NCBI RefSeq assembly: GCF_001194135.2
Contig: NC_068991.1
Location: 35,207,411-35,271,410 of the forward strand
Direction: 5' to 3'
Source: Octopus bimaculoides
Lineage: Eukaryota
Length of the DNA stretch: 64,000 nucleotides
How positions within the stretch are numbered: position 1 is the stretch's first letter; every line of letters begins with the position of its first letter. Of the stretch, positions 24,748-37,539 are shown piece after piece. The notes below the pieces were generated by a model. It saw nothing but the letters and a program-made list of their open reading frames with translations. It was not told the DNA's origin and ran no database searches. Position numbers and translations under genes: made by a program.

Positions 24748-24869
24748 ATATATCACTCTGTACGAACCAGTTTATCTGGAGCCCATTCACAGATTTACAA
24801 TATGGAATTGTGATGAACCATAACTTTGGATCCTACCAAAAGATTACTTGGAGTTCTTCATTAATCTAA
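24748..24869 (+). CDS. Weak candidate host exon (product unknown)
   Basis: Acceptor ttgtcttttatag and possible donor gtaata. One frame reads ISLCTNQFIWSPFTDLQYGIVMNHNFGSYQKITWSSSLI* and another YITLYEPVYLEPIHRFTIWNCDEP*. No homology recognised. Confidence 0.25.
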
Positions 24870-25026
24870 GTAATATCATTAGTGTGGTGTTCCTACAGAG
24901 AGCTTATGAAGTATTTTGCCCAGATTGATAATCCCTCACTATTTGTTTTTGTTGTGTGTGTGCATGTGTGTGACCCAACATAGCTACAGCCTTTAGGTTG
25001 AAACATATAAAAGAATATGTATATGC

Positions 25027-25116
<90 letters not shown>

Positions 25117-25447
25117 ACATATATATGTATATGATGTACATATATGTAGTGGGGTGTATAATGTTATAATAAAAACTATGAGTCTTGTTAACTATTGCTA
25201 TCCAAGGTTTCTTGGCCAAGACATTAATTTATTCCACTATTTTTCAAACTGAGAAGTATCTTGTTTTCAGTTGATTTTTAAGCAGCTGATATTTAAACAG
25301 ATGACGCTTAAACAGATAATGTTACTTAAAAAGGCAATTGAAAAATAGTCATGTTCCCAGCTTCAAAAATGGTGAAATAAATTAATGTATCAACCAGGAA
25401 CCCCTGGCTAGCTGTATTTAACAAGACTTGTGGATTTTATTATAACA

Positions 25448-25874
25448 CTAGCAGAGGCACCCGGCGTTGCCCGGGAATGAAATTGTTACTTATATACTTG
25501 AAGAAAAAAAAGCAAAATATGCTGTATAGAAATTTGAGGACATTCTGTAGATGGACTCTCAGATGAATGATGGCTGGGCACCTCTCATGAAAGGGAAAAT
25601 TGAAGATGCGCCAAAAAGCCTCATTGGTACTTGGAAACTTTTACGAAAATTAAAATGGGGATTAAATGAAAAAAATGATTTACGTGAATATCCTCACAAG
25701 AGTAATTGAAATAAATNNNNNNNNNNNNNNNNNNNNNNNNNNNNNNNNNNNNNNNNNNNNNNNNNNNNNNNNNNNNNNNNNNNNNNNNNNNNNNNNNNNN
25801 NNNNTGTTGTCATGTATACGTACATACATAAATATGCATACATCTTTGTGTGTGAGTGTGTGTGTGTGCGTGTG

Positions 25875-25910
<36 letters not shown>

Positions 25911-26716
25911 AATACTACATACACACCGCTCTTTCACTCTGTCTCACACACACACGCACACATACATCCAAAAATGATGGATGCATATGACAACACAACC
26001 CTTGACTCACTCACACTGTGTCTCTTACAAACACACACATACATAAATGTGTACAAACCTATTTACAAAGACACACGTGTGTATGCGCACGCGTGTGTGT
26101 GTTGTGTGTGAGAGAGAGAGAGATAGACAGGGGGTGAAAGAGAATATTGTGAAGAATGAATGAAATAAACATGAAATGAAAAAGTCGTATAAATAAAAGC
26201 TATTGTACGGAATGTTTAAATTTGTGGACTTAGTAAATATTTCGAACCTTTTAAAAGAAGTGAATCATAAATATGAAGAGCCTAACATTTATCCGAGGTC
26301 AAATTATTCATGCATCACAAGTATGGAAGCATTTGGTGAAGTCGATTTCACTTGAAAAGCGAATACACAAAAACATCAAAATAGAGAGTGAAGCTTTTTG
26401 CCGTTGCTACGTAAATACTGGAAGTTGACATTGCATCACAAGTATGTAAGCATTTGGTACAAAAACATCAAAATAGAGAGTGAAACTTTTTGCCGTTGTT
26501 ACGTCAATACCGGAAGTTGACATTGAGGAACCTTTTTAAAGAAGTGAATCATAAATATAAAGCAATATTATTTAGTTTTAATTAAAAAAAATCAAATGAA
26601 GAGCCTAACATTTATCCGAGGTCAAATTATTCATGCATCACAAGTATGGAAGCATTTGGTGAAGTCAATTTCACGTGAAAAGCGAATACACAGACATCTC
26701 TATTTTATATATTAGA
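25448..26716 (-). mobile_element. Non-autonomous Helitron
   Basis: Minus strand begins A^TCTAATATATAAAATAGAGA (26716) and ends with hairpin CCCGG-GCAACG-CCGGG then CTAG^T (25448). Internal microsatellites and partial tandem duplications at 26245-26700. Confidence 0.85.
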
Positions 26717-27009
26717 TTATCTTTACTCCCTTAGCTGATTGAGTGCTATGTTGAATAATACTACTCCAGAACTGATAAAATCAAAATGAAACTTTGTTCC
26801 TTTTTATTTACAGCTCTGTATAATCATTAGGGAAGAACACAGGGTGAGGAGGGATTCTGAATCACTCAGTTACTTCTAATGCATTTCTTCATGTTGTTTT
26901 CTCTTCTCTTTCTTCTTATTTCATGCTGGCCTGCTGTAATGCAATACCCAATTTCATTTTTTTGCCTTCCTCTTTTTGTTTCTACATCTCTTTCTTTGAT
27001 AAGTTATAG

Positions 27010-27064
27010 TGATTCGCAAGCACCACCCAAAATTCCAATGGAGCTACCTGCTTGGTGTATAGTG
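27010..27064 (+). CDS. Candidate small host exon (55 nt, DSQAPPKIPMELPAWCIV)
   Basis: Long polypyrimidine tract (26950-27000), ttatag acceptor, open frame and GTG|gtaaat donor. Gene identity not recognised. Confidence 0.35.
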
Positions 27065-27250
27065 GTAAATATCTTTAAGCATAAACATCGATCCAGTGAG
27101 AAACCATTAATATGAGGTGCCCGCTTAAGCATATGCATGGAATAATGACATGTGGTATACAAAAACATATGTTACAATGAATTAATATAATATGAAAATT
27201 TCCATCCACAAATTTTCATTATTACCATATACATACTATATATATATATA

Positions 27251-27263
27251 AGATCGGAAGAGC
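27251..27263 (+). other. Illumina adapter sequence at contig end (assembly artefact)
   Basis: Exact AGATCGGAAGAGC immediately before an N gap. Confidence 0.9.
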
Positions 27264-27705
27264 NNNNNNNNNNNNNNNNNNNNNNNNNNNNNNNNNNNNN
27301 NNNNNNNNNNNNNNNNNNNNNNNNNNNNNNNNNNNNNNNNNNNNNNNNNNNATATATAATCCAAGAGAGTTAGGGGTTGAGGATCCAACTCACTAAGGGA
27401 TAGTATCTATCCAATAGACTGCTAGGAGGGTACGCAATTATTGTTACACTAGTGTTATACCAAGTGCAATAAGTGGGTGCGGGTAAAAGGGTTTTTTTTA
27501 ACCCTAAATTTATATAGCAATAAGAAAATGGAGGGGAATATGAGGTACCCATCAACTTTCAGACACTGTATTCTGTTGATTAATCTGTTTATTTTATAAC
27601 CAAAATGACAATAAAGACAACATACAGACACTTATGACATACCATGTCATATTAACAATTAAGGTTTCAAATTTAAAGGATATATAGCAATTCGGGAAGA
27701 GACAC

Positions 27706-27839
27706 AATCTTACAGCTGTTTCGGCCTAACGTTGGCATGCCCCATTCTATCTATATATCTCCAGTACGCTGGAGTAATTAGTAGATGAAAATGATGTAAT
27801 GGGGGTACATGCATGATTCACTAGGCCTCTTCAGAGATT
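27706..27839 (-). ncRNA. Type I hammerhead ribozyme with intact core and ~93-nt helix II insertion
   Basis: Minus strand: AATCT-CTGAAGA-GGCCTA-[93 nt]-TAGGCC-GAA-ACAGCTGT-A-AGATT. Perfect helices I and II, palindromic helix III, GUA cleavage site. Confidence 0.85.
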
Positions 27840-28329
27840 TACAAAATTCAATTCATGAATTTTACAAAATTCAAATACTCTTTTTACGACTCTTTTTTGG
27901 TTTTTTATATACTTTTTATATGTTTTTTTATATGCCTTATATTTTTACTTTTTATTTTTATTTTTATTTTTTATTTGTATTTGAATTTGATAAAATAAGT
28001 GGCCAATAGTTCTATTCCAAAAGTGCTGTATCTTGTGTCTGCTAGTTGAAAGCACTTGGAAAAAAAAAGTGGTTGCCAGGTATTCTGAATGAATTGTTGC
28101 AATACCCTGCTGATTCCAGTATCAGATGCATCTACCATAAATGACAGTTACAATATACAACATTCAAATGTTGATGTAGTATATCTTGACTTTCAAAGGC
28201 ATAGGTTGTAAACTGGTATCAGATGGGCTAAAAGTGTAATTTAGTTAACTTTTCTTTGATATTATTAAAAGATTGCAATTCTGCTGCATTTAATGAAATA
28301 GATTTATTCTTTTTCTTACAGTTATGTAA

Positions 28330-28560
28330 AACTCAGTACCACCTCACAAATCCCTCATAATCCAAAAATGGATGTCACACAATCTTTACAATCATATAAC
28401 ACCAAACTTGTGGCCTGCAAACTCACCAGATTTAAGTATTGTTAAAAGGGACTAATGGACATTACTTCACTGAAAGCCACCATTGGCCAGATGATGTCTG
28501 AATTTAGTGCAGGCATGTCAATGATTCTGGTCCCACATTGAAGCAGTTGTTAAAGTTGAA
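28330..28560 (+). pseudogene. Tc1/mariner-superfamily transposase remnant
   Basis: PPHKSLIIQKWMSHNLYNHITPNLWPANSPDLS resembles the catalytic-domain WPxxSPDLNP motif. Possible TIR ttgcaccctctgta near 29250. Confidence 0.6.
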
Positions 28561-29336
28561 GGTAGATTCATAGGATAATCTGATAAGAAAGCTTATTAAG
28601 AACTTTTAGTTTTTGCTAGATTATAGTTGTGGTATTGAATTTGTAGCAAGTATATGTTCACAGTTTGCTTGTTTACTTTTAAATAGGTGCATATTGACTC
28701 ATATGCTATGTTTTCTACAAGTGGTCACATGACCTGGTCATGTGATAGTCAAGTCCTACCTTTACAGGGGCTGCATGATGAACAAGTTGAAAGCAGGAAA
28801 TTTATGTCTATTTGCTGGAGCCCCACCATCAGCTATATAAGAGGAGGTCTTCCCACTATTAGTCAGTGAGGTGGGTTTGCTTTGTCAAGTTTGGATCTCA
28901 GCAGAGAGGAAGTTTATTCTGCAGGTAGCTTCAATGTGTACATCTGTTCATGTCTTCCAGCAGAAGTCATGTCATATATTTGTTTTCCTGTTCTACACTG
29001 CATACATTATGTTTCAACTGCATAAGAAACCTTATGTATATTTTCTGACAATATATTTCAAGATGTATTCCATCAAGTTTGCTATATCAATACTTTTTAA
29101 TGGGTTGAATAAATTGTCACACTTAATCCTCCTGGTTTTTTCCTGCTTCTTCTTTTATCTACATACACACATGTATAGGAACACAAACCAGCTTAATTCA
29201 TCAACACAACTTCAACTGTTAAAAATTACTTAATTTGTCATCAAATATTTCTTGCACCCTCTGTATTCTTGTCTGTAAAGCCAAAATGTTTATGAGCAAA
29301 TAATGGCGACCAGTAAAGTTGAAACTACATTTTTAA

Positions 29337-29800
29337 CCCTTTAGTTACCATATTTCTGTTGAAATACACTGCCTTTGTTTCAATTAATTTTGGAAATGTA
29401 ATATGATGGACAGAAACTCAATGTGTAACCCTGTGCACTCTCACTAACCCAAACTTCCAGGACAGAATCTACATCAGAACTTCCTATGCATGACTGTTGC
29501 TGTTGGCTGCTTGTCCAAGAAAGAGGCTGGCTGAAAGACCTATTTCATTATGTGATATCATTTCTTCCTTCATGTCCAGCACCTCATGCCTGACATCTCC
29601 CTTCACTGCTTGCACATCACCCAGAATGCTACAGGAAATAATAGCAAATTTCAGAAAATAACTTTATTATTATTAGGCTGATATTTGAAACAAAAATTAG
29701 CATGAAATTTTGATGGAAAGTTTTAATTTAGATCACTTTAAAACAGGAAGTTCATATCATAGAACCAAAGGATGTATCAGACAGGTTTATATCAAAAGAG
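29337..29800. mobile_element. piggyBac-type MITE with a ~235-bp nested insert (29400-29636)
   Basis: TTAA-CCCTTTAG ... CAAAAGAG-TTAA. Insert flanked by ggaaat. Confidence 0.6.
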
Positions 29801-30369
29801 TTAAATGAGTAGAAGATAACAGTTAAGAAATACTTCTGATTCGGTTTAAAGTGACTCATGATTTAAGATAACCAATTTTATTGCAATAAGGCTGAGCCAA
29901 AGGCTGGTAGTTAACCAAGGATTAGAGAAAGTGTGAAATATGAACAGTTATCTATGGTTACTAAAGACAGCTTAGAGAGCAAGGCATCATGTAATCTCTA
30001 AAAATAGCTGAAAATGGTGCATAAACATCATATCACTTATTGATTAAAATACCACATCACATGATTGATGAGGCTAAAATGTCATCTGCTCTTCAACTGA
30101 GAGTGGGGAAGAGAGAAAGAAGTGTTGTTGAAATTAGTTAAGTAAAAAAACAATTTGTAGAAAATGTTTAGTTAATAAGAGTGAAAAAACATGCTAGAAA
30201 GTGATTATAGAGGGAGCAAGTTAGAAATTGGTTGACAGCAGGCAGAGAGAGAGAGAGAGAGAGAGAAAGAGTTAGCTTCAGAGATGTGCTCAAAGCCAAT
30301 TTCTGCATGTCTGTCTCTTCAATAGCATCATATAACCTGCACTTTTCTGTGAAACTCAGACATGGGTTA

Positions 30370-30610
30370 CTATAAAGAAAGAAGAACAATGACTGGCTAT
30401 GACACGGTGCTAGAAAGTTCATTGTGGGGACATATTTGACACACAGTAATTCAAGATTTGCATACAACAGGCAGTCATGGTACTATGAGAATAGAAGAGA
30501 CCACTGGGAAGACATTAGGGAAAATTCAAATCCAAATGGAAGAGAATTGCACAATCAAGGGAAAAATGGAAGTGCATTGTGGCCAGTGATGTATATAGGA
30601 TATTAGAAAA
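30370..30610 (+). mobile_element. Old LINE C-terminal remnant
   Basis: RRPLGRH...W...IAQSREKWKCIV resembles the LINE ORF2 terminal motif (GRP...W...A.DR..W). Confidence 0.4.
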
Positions 30611-32179
30611 GTCTGGTTGGTAGAGTGATAAATACTTGTTACATAGATATAGTCTTCTAGGTGTAGATAGTCTTCGTCTTTCACTATCTTTAAATTTTGT
30701 TTCTTTTGTTGCCCCTCTCACTTGATCAGACCAGCTTCAGCCATTAGTTCCATGTAATTTTTCTTTCTAGTTCTGGTTTTATTCATCTCCTATCACAGAG
30801 TGACCCTTGTGCACTTTTTCCCCCTCACTTTTCATATAAATCTTCCTTCAATCCTTTATTTGGATTGCAAACTATATTGCAATTACATTGTTGCTATATT
30901 TTCTTTAAAACGATATTTTCTTTCTTCCTCATTCTCAAATAAAAGCCAAGAACTTGGAATATTAGATTCTTATTGCTCATGACATCTCCTATGACAGAAC
31001 TATGTCCAGAAACATTGTGATCTCTTGGAAGTGAATATGGTCTCATGACCCATCAGATGTTAATGCACTACCTTGGCCAATTTACCTCTACAAAATGTAG
31101 TGGTGATTCGAAACCAAACTGCTTGGTGAGCAGTCATACATCACAACCAAACCACAGTAGTTTCACATGATAGATCTGTTGAGTAACCAATCAGTGTCAA
31201 GTCAGTGTGTGATTCAATCTTCTATAATCTTCTTCTTGTACTCTATAAAAAGAAAAGCTATTTTGGTACTGACACTCTTTGCAGAGTGTTGAGAGAGGCT
31301 AACTCATTCACATGTCTCACCTCTTGCTAGTTGAGACATCTGCACGATGTCTCCATCCTTGCTACAATCATCTGTCTTAACAAGAAGATGGTTAAGAAAA
31401 ATGGCTGATAGATAACAAGAATCTTCATTGGCATGAATAAAGCATAATTGTTTCCAGTTATGATGGGACAGCCAAATGTTGCTGTGTCAGTAGTTTGTTG
31501 TAAACACCAAGCAGTATTTCTCTCTCAATTTGTAATTATTGCAGCTGCTATTTGTAAAAGACCAACACAGTTTGACTCTATTTTCAATAGTAAAATATTC
31601 TAATAAATGTACGTGGGTGTTGTTTAGTTACTTCATGCAGTCCAAAAAACACATTTTCATTCATCAACTTCGCCAGAGACCAGCCAACAATACAACAACC
31701 CAAGCGACAGTGTAAATTACTCAAAATGAAAGTGAAACCAATTGTTACTTTCATAGATATGCTATCTAAACTTTTTCTGGCCAATTCATATTCTAGCCAC
31801 TGTACTTTTAGATCATCCTCTTCCACTGTTAAATTGGATTTCTGCATGACAGAAGCTATGTACTGCATTTAGGGATCCTCCAGGCATGGTTGTTGACCAA
31901 CCTGAAATGTTTTACCAGTTTACAATAGAGAAGACGTAGATATGGAAACGTTAAAAGAAATGAATATTCTAACGCCCATCTCAACAGCTATTATATGGAC
32001 TCTACATACAGTCATTACGCAAGTTGTGTTCATTGAAAGTTGTTGATGAAGCAACAAATGCTCGCAAACATCATCAGTTACTTCATTTAATGTAAGCATG
32101 GCTGCGCCATATGGGTCTGTAGTCAACAATGCTACAGACGCATGGTGAACAATGCAGTGGATCAATGGTCAGCTGTGCC

Positions 32180-33518
32180 CTGGGTCAGTGATCGGCAATG
32201 CTCTGAATCGGTGGTCAACAATCTTGGGGGTCACTGGTCAATACAGCGAGTTCTCTATTCACAGAGAATCGCTAATTGATTGTAATTGATGTGTTTGTGC
32301 CTTGTGCGAACGAAGTAATTCAGTAAAAAGATATGGATTCTACTCAATAGGAAAAGCTGACAAGAAAAAAATAACATTTGCGAAAGTCATAGAAATCACT
32401 GTTATTAATAAAATAATTCCTATAAATAATAATTACGGTGGAAGGGAAAAAGTGAAAGCTTTGATGCAGATTGGGGGCGAGCCTACAATAGACTGACTTA
32501 TCAGAGAAAAGATATCTGATGACGTCAAAGAATGTAGGCGGCAATCGTCAGAATTGTCAAAAGCATTAATCATGTCTTAAGCAGTAATCCAGTCTGCAGC
32601 TTGTATCGTAATTTTTGTCATTTATTATCTACTCTTATTAATAATTGTGTGTTGCGATTGTTTATCCAACCGAACGATCTAAACACGGAGAATGGCGTGG
32701 AGTTATCTAACAATTTTATTTGTTTTTATCGGCAGTTTGGTTTTTGCGGTAAGTCAATTTTCAACGTTACAAATAAAAGCGAAAACAACTTTATTTGTAA
32801 CATTAAAAAAAAAATCTTGAGTCAGCATTTAAAACTAACAACGAAAGTGATAAATAGGAAATAGAATTAACAGATTCAGTGTTATTTATCTCGTGGAAAT
32901 TGTTTTATATATATTTGAAAAAAAAAAATTACTCAGTATTCTGAGTCACTTTTCAAGTTTTTGTTTTATGACAGCTGGTACTTAAGCATATTTTTCTGAG
33001 ATGAAAGAACAGTAAATTAAAAGGGGTGTTCGGTATTTGACAGAATCGCTAAGAGCGGCGGGAAAATTCCTCGCTGCATTTGTTGCGACTCTTTACAATG
33101 CTGAGTTCAAATTCCACAAATGCCAGCTTCACTTTTCGTTTTCCGGGGGTGGGGGTCAATAAAATAAAGAAGCAGTTATTGACTTATCCTTTTTTGCGTG
33201 TGTTTAATTTCACAATTTATACTTCTCTCGAAATTGCATGTTTTATTTCTGTTAGAAATAATGATTTTGTTATTTGGGAGAATAAAGAAATAACAACAAA
33301 GATTTTAGTTTCATAACAAAACTGCTGGGTTTCATACAACAAACGGTCCTTTATTCTTTTTCGCTTCTTTCTGTGACAAAGCAAGAAAACTTGATAGGCG
33401 ACATCGAACGTTTGAACACCGCTAAATGCTACAGCATTGATGTTTGTATGGTTTTAACTTGTGATAATATTTTAAATTATTAAATGTTATATTTTATTAT
33501 TGCTATTATTATTATTAT

Positions 33519-33564
<46 letters not shown>

Positions 33565-33900
33565 GTTGTTGTTGTTAAAATTATTGTTGTTCCCCGCTAA
33601 ATTATCGTCACATTATTATTGTTTCCTGTTCCTTATTCATTCATTCACCGTTTATTTTTGCCTGTCTTCTTTTCCGTGGAATTTATATAAACTCACCGAC
33701 TTTGTCGAAAGTTATTAATTTCAAACTAATTACTCTTGTTTCGTTAATAAGTTTTTCTTCTTCGTGTCCTTTACCAATTGAAAGTTGTATTGTTTGATTG
33801 GAAAACAAATATGCAGAAATATTTGTCTCTCGATCATGGACTAGCGACATAAGTATTGCTTTTGAAATAATCTACCGAAATTTTATCAAATGTGATTTTA
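32180..33900. promoter_or_regulatory. CpG-enriched, repeat-poor, promoter-like region
   Basis: Visibly more CpG than flanking DNA. Perfect CRE TGACGTCA at 32520-32527. E2F-like GGCGGGAAAA at 33057-33066. Confidence 0.4.
33506..33575. repeat. Compound trinucleotide microsatellite (ATT)n(ACT)n(GTT)n
   Basis: Directly visible. Confidence 0.95.
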
Positions 33901-34767
33901 AATAATAACGATTCGAAAATGTCAACATTACTGGTTACTTGTTGATAGAATAGACTTATTTTATTTTGCGTTTTAACTTCTGATAATATTTTATAATTTC
34001 TCAAGTTTAGATATAGTCTTAGCAGTCTGTGAGTTAATTTAAATGTTTTGCCTGTAAAATATTTGCCATACAGTGATTAAAAAGATATAGAGTGGCTTAA
34101 CTCTTCCTCGAGGGTTTTGCTTATGCTGAAAAACTTTGATTAATGAGATTATCTGAGCAATTCTTAGGCAAAAACACCCTATAGCACAGTTCGAAATCTT
34201 AAAGCAAGAAGCAAGGGAGATAATTTTAATGAGATCAGTCCAAATCAGAATTCTTTGTTAATTACTGCAATATAGATGTGAGTGGATCTTAAATCTATCC
34301 CTTGTAGATCCCCTCAGTGCCAGTTGGACACTTTGTAAAATGACAGCTCTTTCAATTAACCATCTTCGATTTTAAACCTAATTATAAAAGTTCGACTGAT
34401 TCCTCTAAGTACTTCTCAGCGATGGTGCCTCCTTGAAACTTGAGTGTTTAGACTTTAAGACATGAACTTCTGAATGTGAAATAATTGGCGAAAAATTCAA
34501 GGTCATTTCCCAAACTAAAATAGCCAAATATATTAAATATAACTTGTCTGATGTTATTTAACACTAACAACAACATACGAAAATTAATTACTTACTAGCC
34601 TAATACCCGTCCCTCTAATAAAGAAAATTCAATATCAATACAAATTATCGTTTCATACCTTACTTGAATGTTCAAATGACTTAATTAATGGTATGTTGCA
34701 TCTCTATAATTAAAAGACAAGGTGTTTGTAGTATGGTTGTTATTTGTCATGTTTACTATATTACATA

Positions 34768-34812
34768 CTAGCAGAGATACTCAGCGTTGCTCGAGCTTAA
34801 AGTGGTATAGTT

Positions 34813-34865
<53 letters not shown>
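34768..34865 (-). mobile_element. Helitron 3' end (rest in gap)
   Basis: Minus strand CTCGAGCAACGCTGAG hairpin then tatctctgCTAG^T, homologous to the 25448 end. Confidence 0.65.
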
Positions 34866-36299
34866 NNNNNNNNNNNNNNNNNNNNNNNNNNNNNNNNNNN
34901 NNNNNNNNNNNNNNNNNNNNNNNNNNNNNNNNNNNNNNNNNNNNNNNNNNNNNNNNNNNNNNNNNNNNNNNNNNNNNNNNNNNNNNNNNNNNNNNNNNNN
35001 NNNNNNNNNNNNNNNNNNNNNNNNNNNNNNNNNNNNNNNNNNNNNNNNNNNNNNNNNNNNNNNNNNNNNNNNNNNNNNNNNNNNNNNNNNNNNNNNNNNN
35101 NNNNNNNNNNNNNNNNNNNNNNNNNNNNNNNNNNNNNNNNNNNNNNNNNNNNNNNNNNNNNNNNNNNNNNNNNNNNNNNNNNNNNNNNNNNNNNNNNNNN
35201 NNNNNNNNNNNNNNNNNNNNNNNNNNNNNNNNNNNNNNNNNNNNNNNNNNNNNNNNNNNNNNNNNNNNNNNNNNNNNNNNNNNNNNNNNNNNNNNNNNNN
35301 NNNNNNNNNNNNNNNNNNNNNNNNNNNNNNNNNNNNNNNNNNNNNNNNNNNNNNNNNNNNNNNNNNNNNNNNNNNNNNNNNNNNNNNNNNNNNNNNNNNN
35401 NNNNNNNNNNNNNNNNNNNNNNNNNNNNNNNNNNNNNNNNNNNNNNNNNNNNNNNNNNNNNNNNNNNNNNNNNNNNNNNNNNNNNNNNNNNNNNNNNNNN
35501 NNNNNNNNNNNNNNNNNNNNNNNNNNNNNNNNNNNNNNNNNNNNNNNNNNNNNNNNNNNNNNNNNNNNNNNNNNNNNNNNNNNNNNNNNNNNNNNNNNNN
35601 NNNNNNNNNNNNNNNNNNNNNNNNNNNNNNTATATATATATATATATATATGTATTACAGTTATGTTGAAACAGGTGATACGGGAAAGTGCAGCATTGAG
35701 GGCAAAATATTTGTTGGGTAAATGATGGTCAAATATAATATGTCCATTTGGAGGATTCCAGGTCCTAACCTATCATGGAAAATTGGGAGTGGGGAGGGAT
35801 GTAATTTTTGAACCCACTGAAAAGCTGTCAATGGATATTCTCGCCTTTGAGGCGGCCAGTGTGGCGTCTAATACGACCCAAAGTATGGTTGACAGTTAAG
35901 TGAATGGAGGTGTAATGGAGATATTGTAAGTCAATGGGTACATTCCAGAAACAGGCTGCAATGGGAGACAGCAACGGGGAAGTGAACTGTTGAAATGTTG
36001 CAGAAGGTGAAGGGTTGACATTGGATTGCTGGTGTGGCTGTAGAATAAGAGACATAAAGTGAGCCTATGCGGTCATATGAGAATATGTAGTAATGAATTA
36101 CTTGAAAAAAATAAGGCATAGTGGCTTACCACGTGGTATGTATATAGTAAGTCTGCATTTTTGTATGTAGTGTAAATTAACAAAATATAAGCAAATGAAT
36201 GAAATAGAGGCACATGTATAGAATTGCTAATTTAATGGTAAATGTCACAATAATTATTACAGAGAGACAAAGAATTATATATATATCTCGCAAGAAACA

Positions 36300-37345
36300 A
36301 AGCCAGTATGCTCCAATGGATGTGTAATGTCAGTGTGTATACTCGACAGAGTGTAAGTACCTTGAGTGAAAAGTTAGACCTAAGAAGCATCAGTTGTGGT
36401 GTGCAAGAGAGACGATTGCGCTGGTATGGACATGTGGCAAGAATGGATGAGTATAGCAGTGTGAAAAAGTGCCACATCCTAGCAGTTGAAGAAACCTGTG
36501 GAAGAGGTAGACTCAGGAAGACCTGGGATGAGGTGGTGAAGCACAATCTTCGAACATTAGGCCTCACCGAGGCAATGACCAGTGACTGGGACCTTTGGAA
36601 ATATGCAGTACATGAGAAGACCCGGAAGGCAAGTGAGAGCATAATCTGTGACCTCTGCCAGAAGTGTAGCCAGCTCACTTATTCATATCTTTACTTCATT
36701 GGACACTAAAAACTCTGCTTGCGAAGACCTGTTGAGGCAAGTGAATTTGAAATTTGAAATCTGAAATCGAACCGAATCCGACGACTGGCACCCATGCCAA
36801 CTTCTCCTTCATTAGACACTAAACTCTGCTTGCGAAGACCTGTTGGGGCAAGTGAAATCGAAATCGTAATTGAACCATACTCGATGACTGGCACCTGCGC
36901 CAGTGGAGCACTAACAGCACTGTCTGAGCGTATTCATTACCAGAGCAGCTGTCTGGCTTCTGTGCTAGTGGGCCGTAAATAGCACCATTTGAGCGTATTT
37001 GTTACTAGCGTTGCCTTCTAGCACTTGTGCTGGTGGCACGTTGGAAAATCATTCGAGCGAGGTCATTGCCAGTGCCACTGGACTGGCTCTCGTGCAGGTG
37101 GCACGTAAAAGACACCATTTTGAGCGTGGCCGTTGCCAGTACCGTGTGACTGGCCCTCGTGCCAGTGGCACGTAAAAGCACCCACTACACTCTCAGAGTG
37201 GTTGGCGTTAGGAAGGGCATCCAGCTGTAGAAACTCTGCCAGATCAGATTGGAGCCTGGTGCAGCCTTCTGGCTTGCCAGTCCTCAATCAAATCATCCAA
37301 CCCATGCTAGCAAGGAAAGCGGACGTTAAACGATGATGATGATGA
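36300..37345 (+). mobile_element. 5'-truncated RTE LINE (ORF2 C-terminus, long 3' UTR, (GAT)n tail)
   Basis: ORF 36308-36709 RRLRWYGHVARMDE...GRGRLRKTWDEVV. UTR has repeated tggcacgtaaaa motifs. Confidence 0.88.
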
Positions 37346-37539
37346 TATATATATATATAGGATAAATTTCTTGATATAGGGGTAAATATGTAATTGTAAA
37401 TACCTTGCAACTGCTGCAATAATTATTAACTGGTAATGGAACAGTAAATGTGTATTTTTATATATATCTTGGACCTTGCCACCTCATTGTTTTTTTTTCA
37501 AGAGTTTTACCTCTAGCACTCATACATACATTCAGGCAT

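Noticed and set aside
32514-32545. CTGATGA as hammerhead core
   Set aside because: No helix II or GAAA follows; better explained as overlapping the CRE motif
33500-33718. Poly-leucine ORF resembling a signal peptide
   Set aside because: Trinucleotide microsatellite with no supporting exon structure
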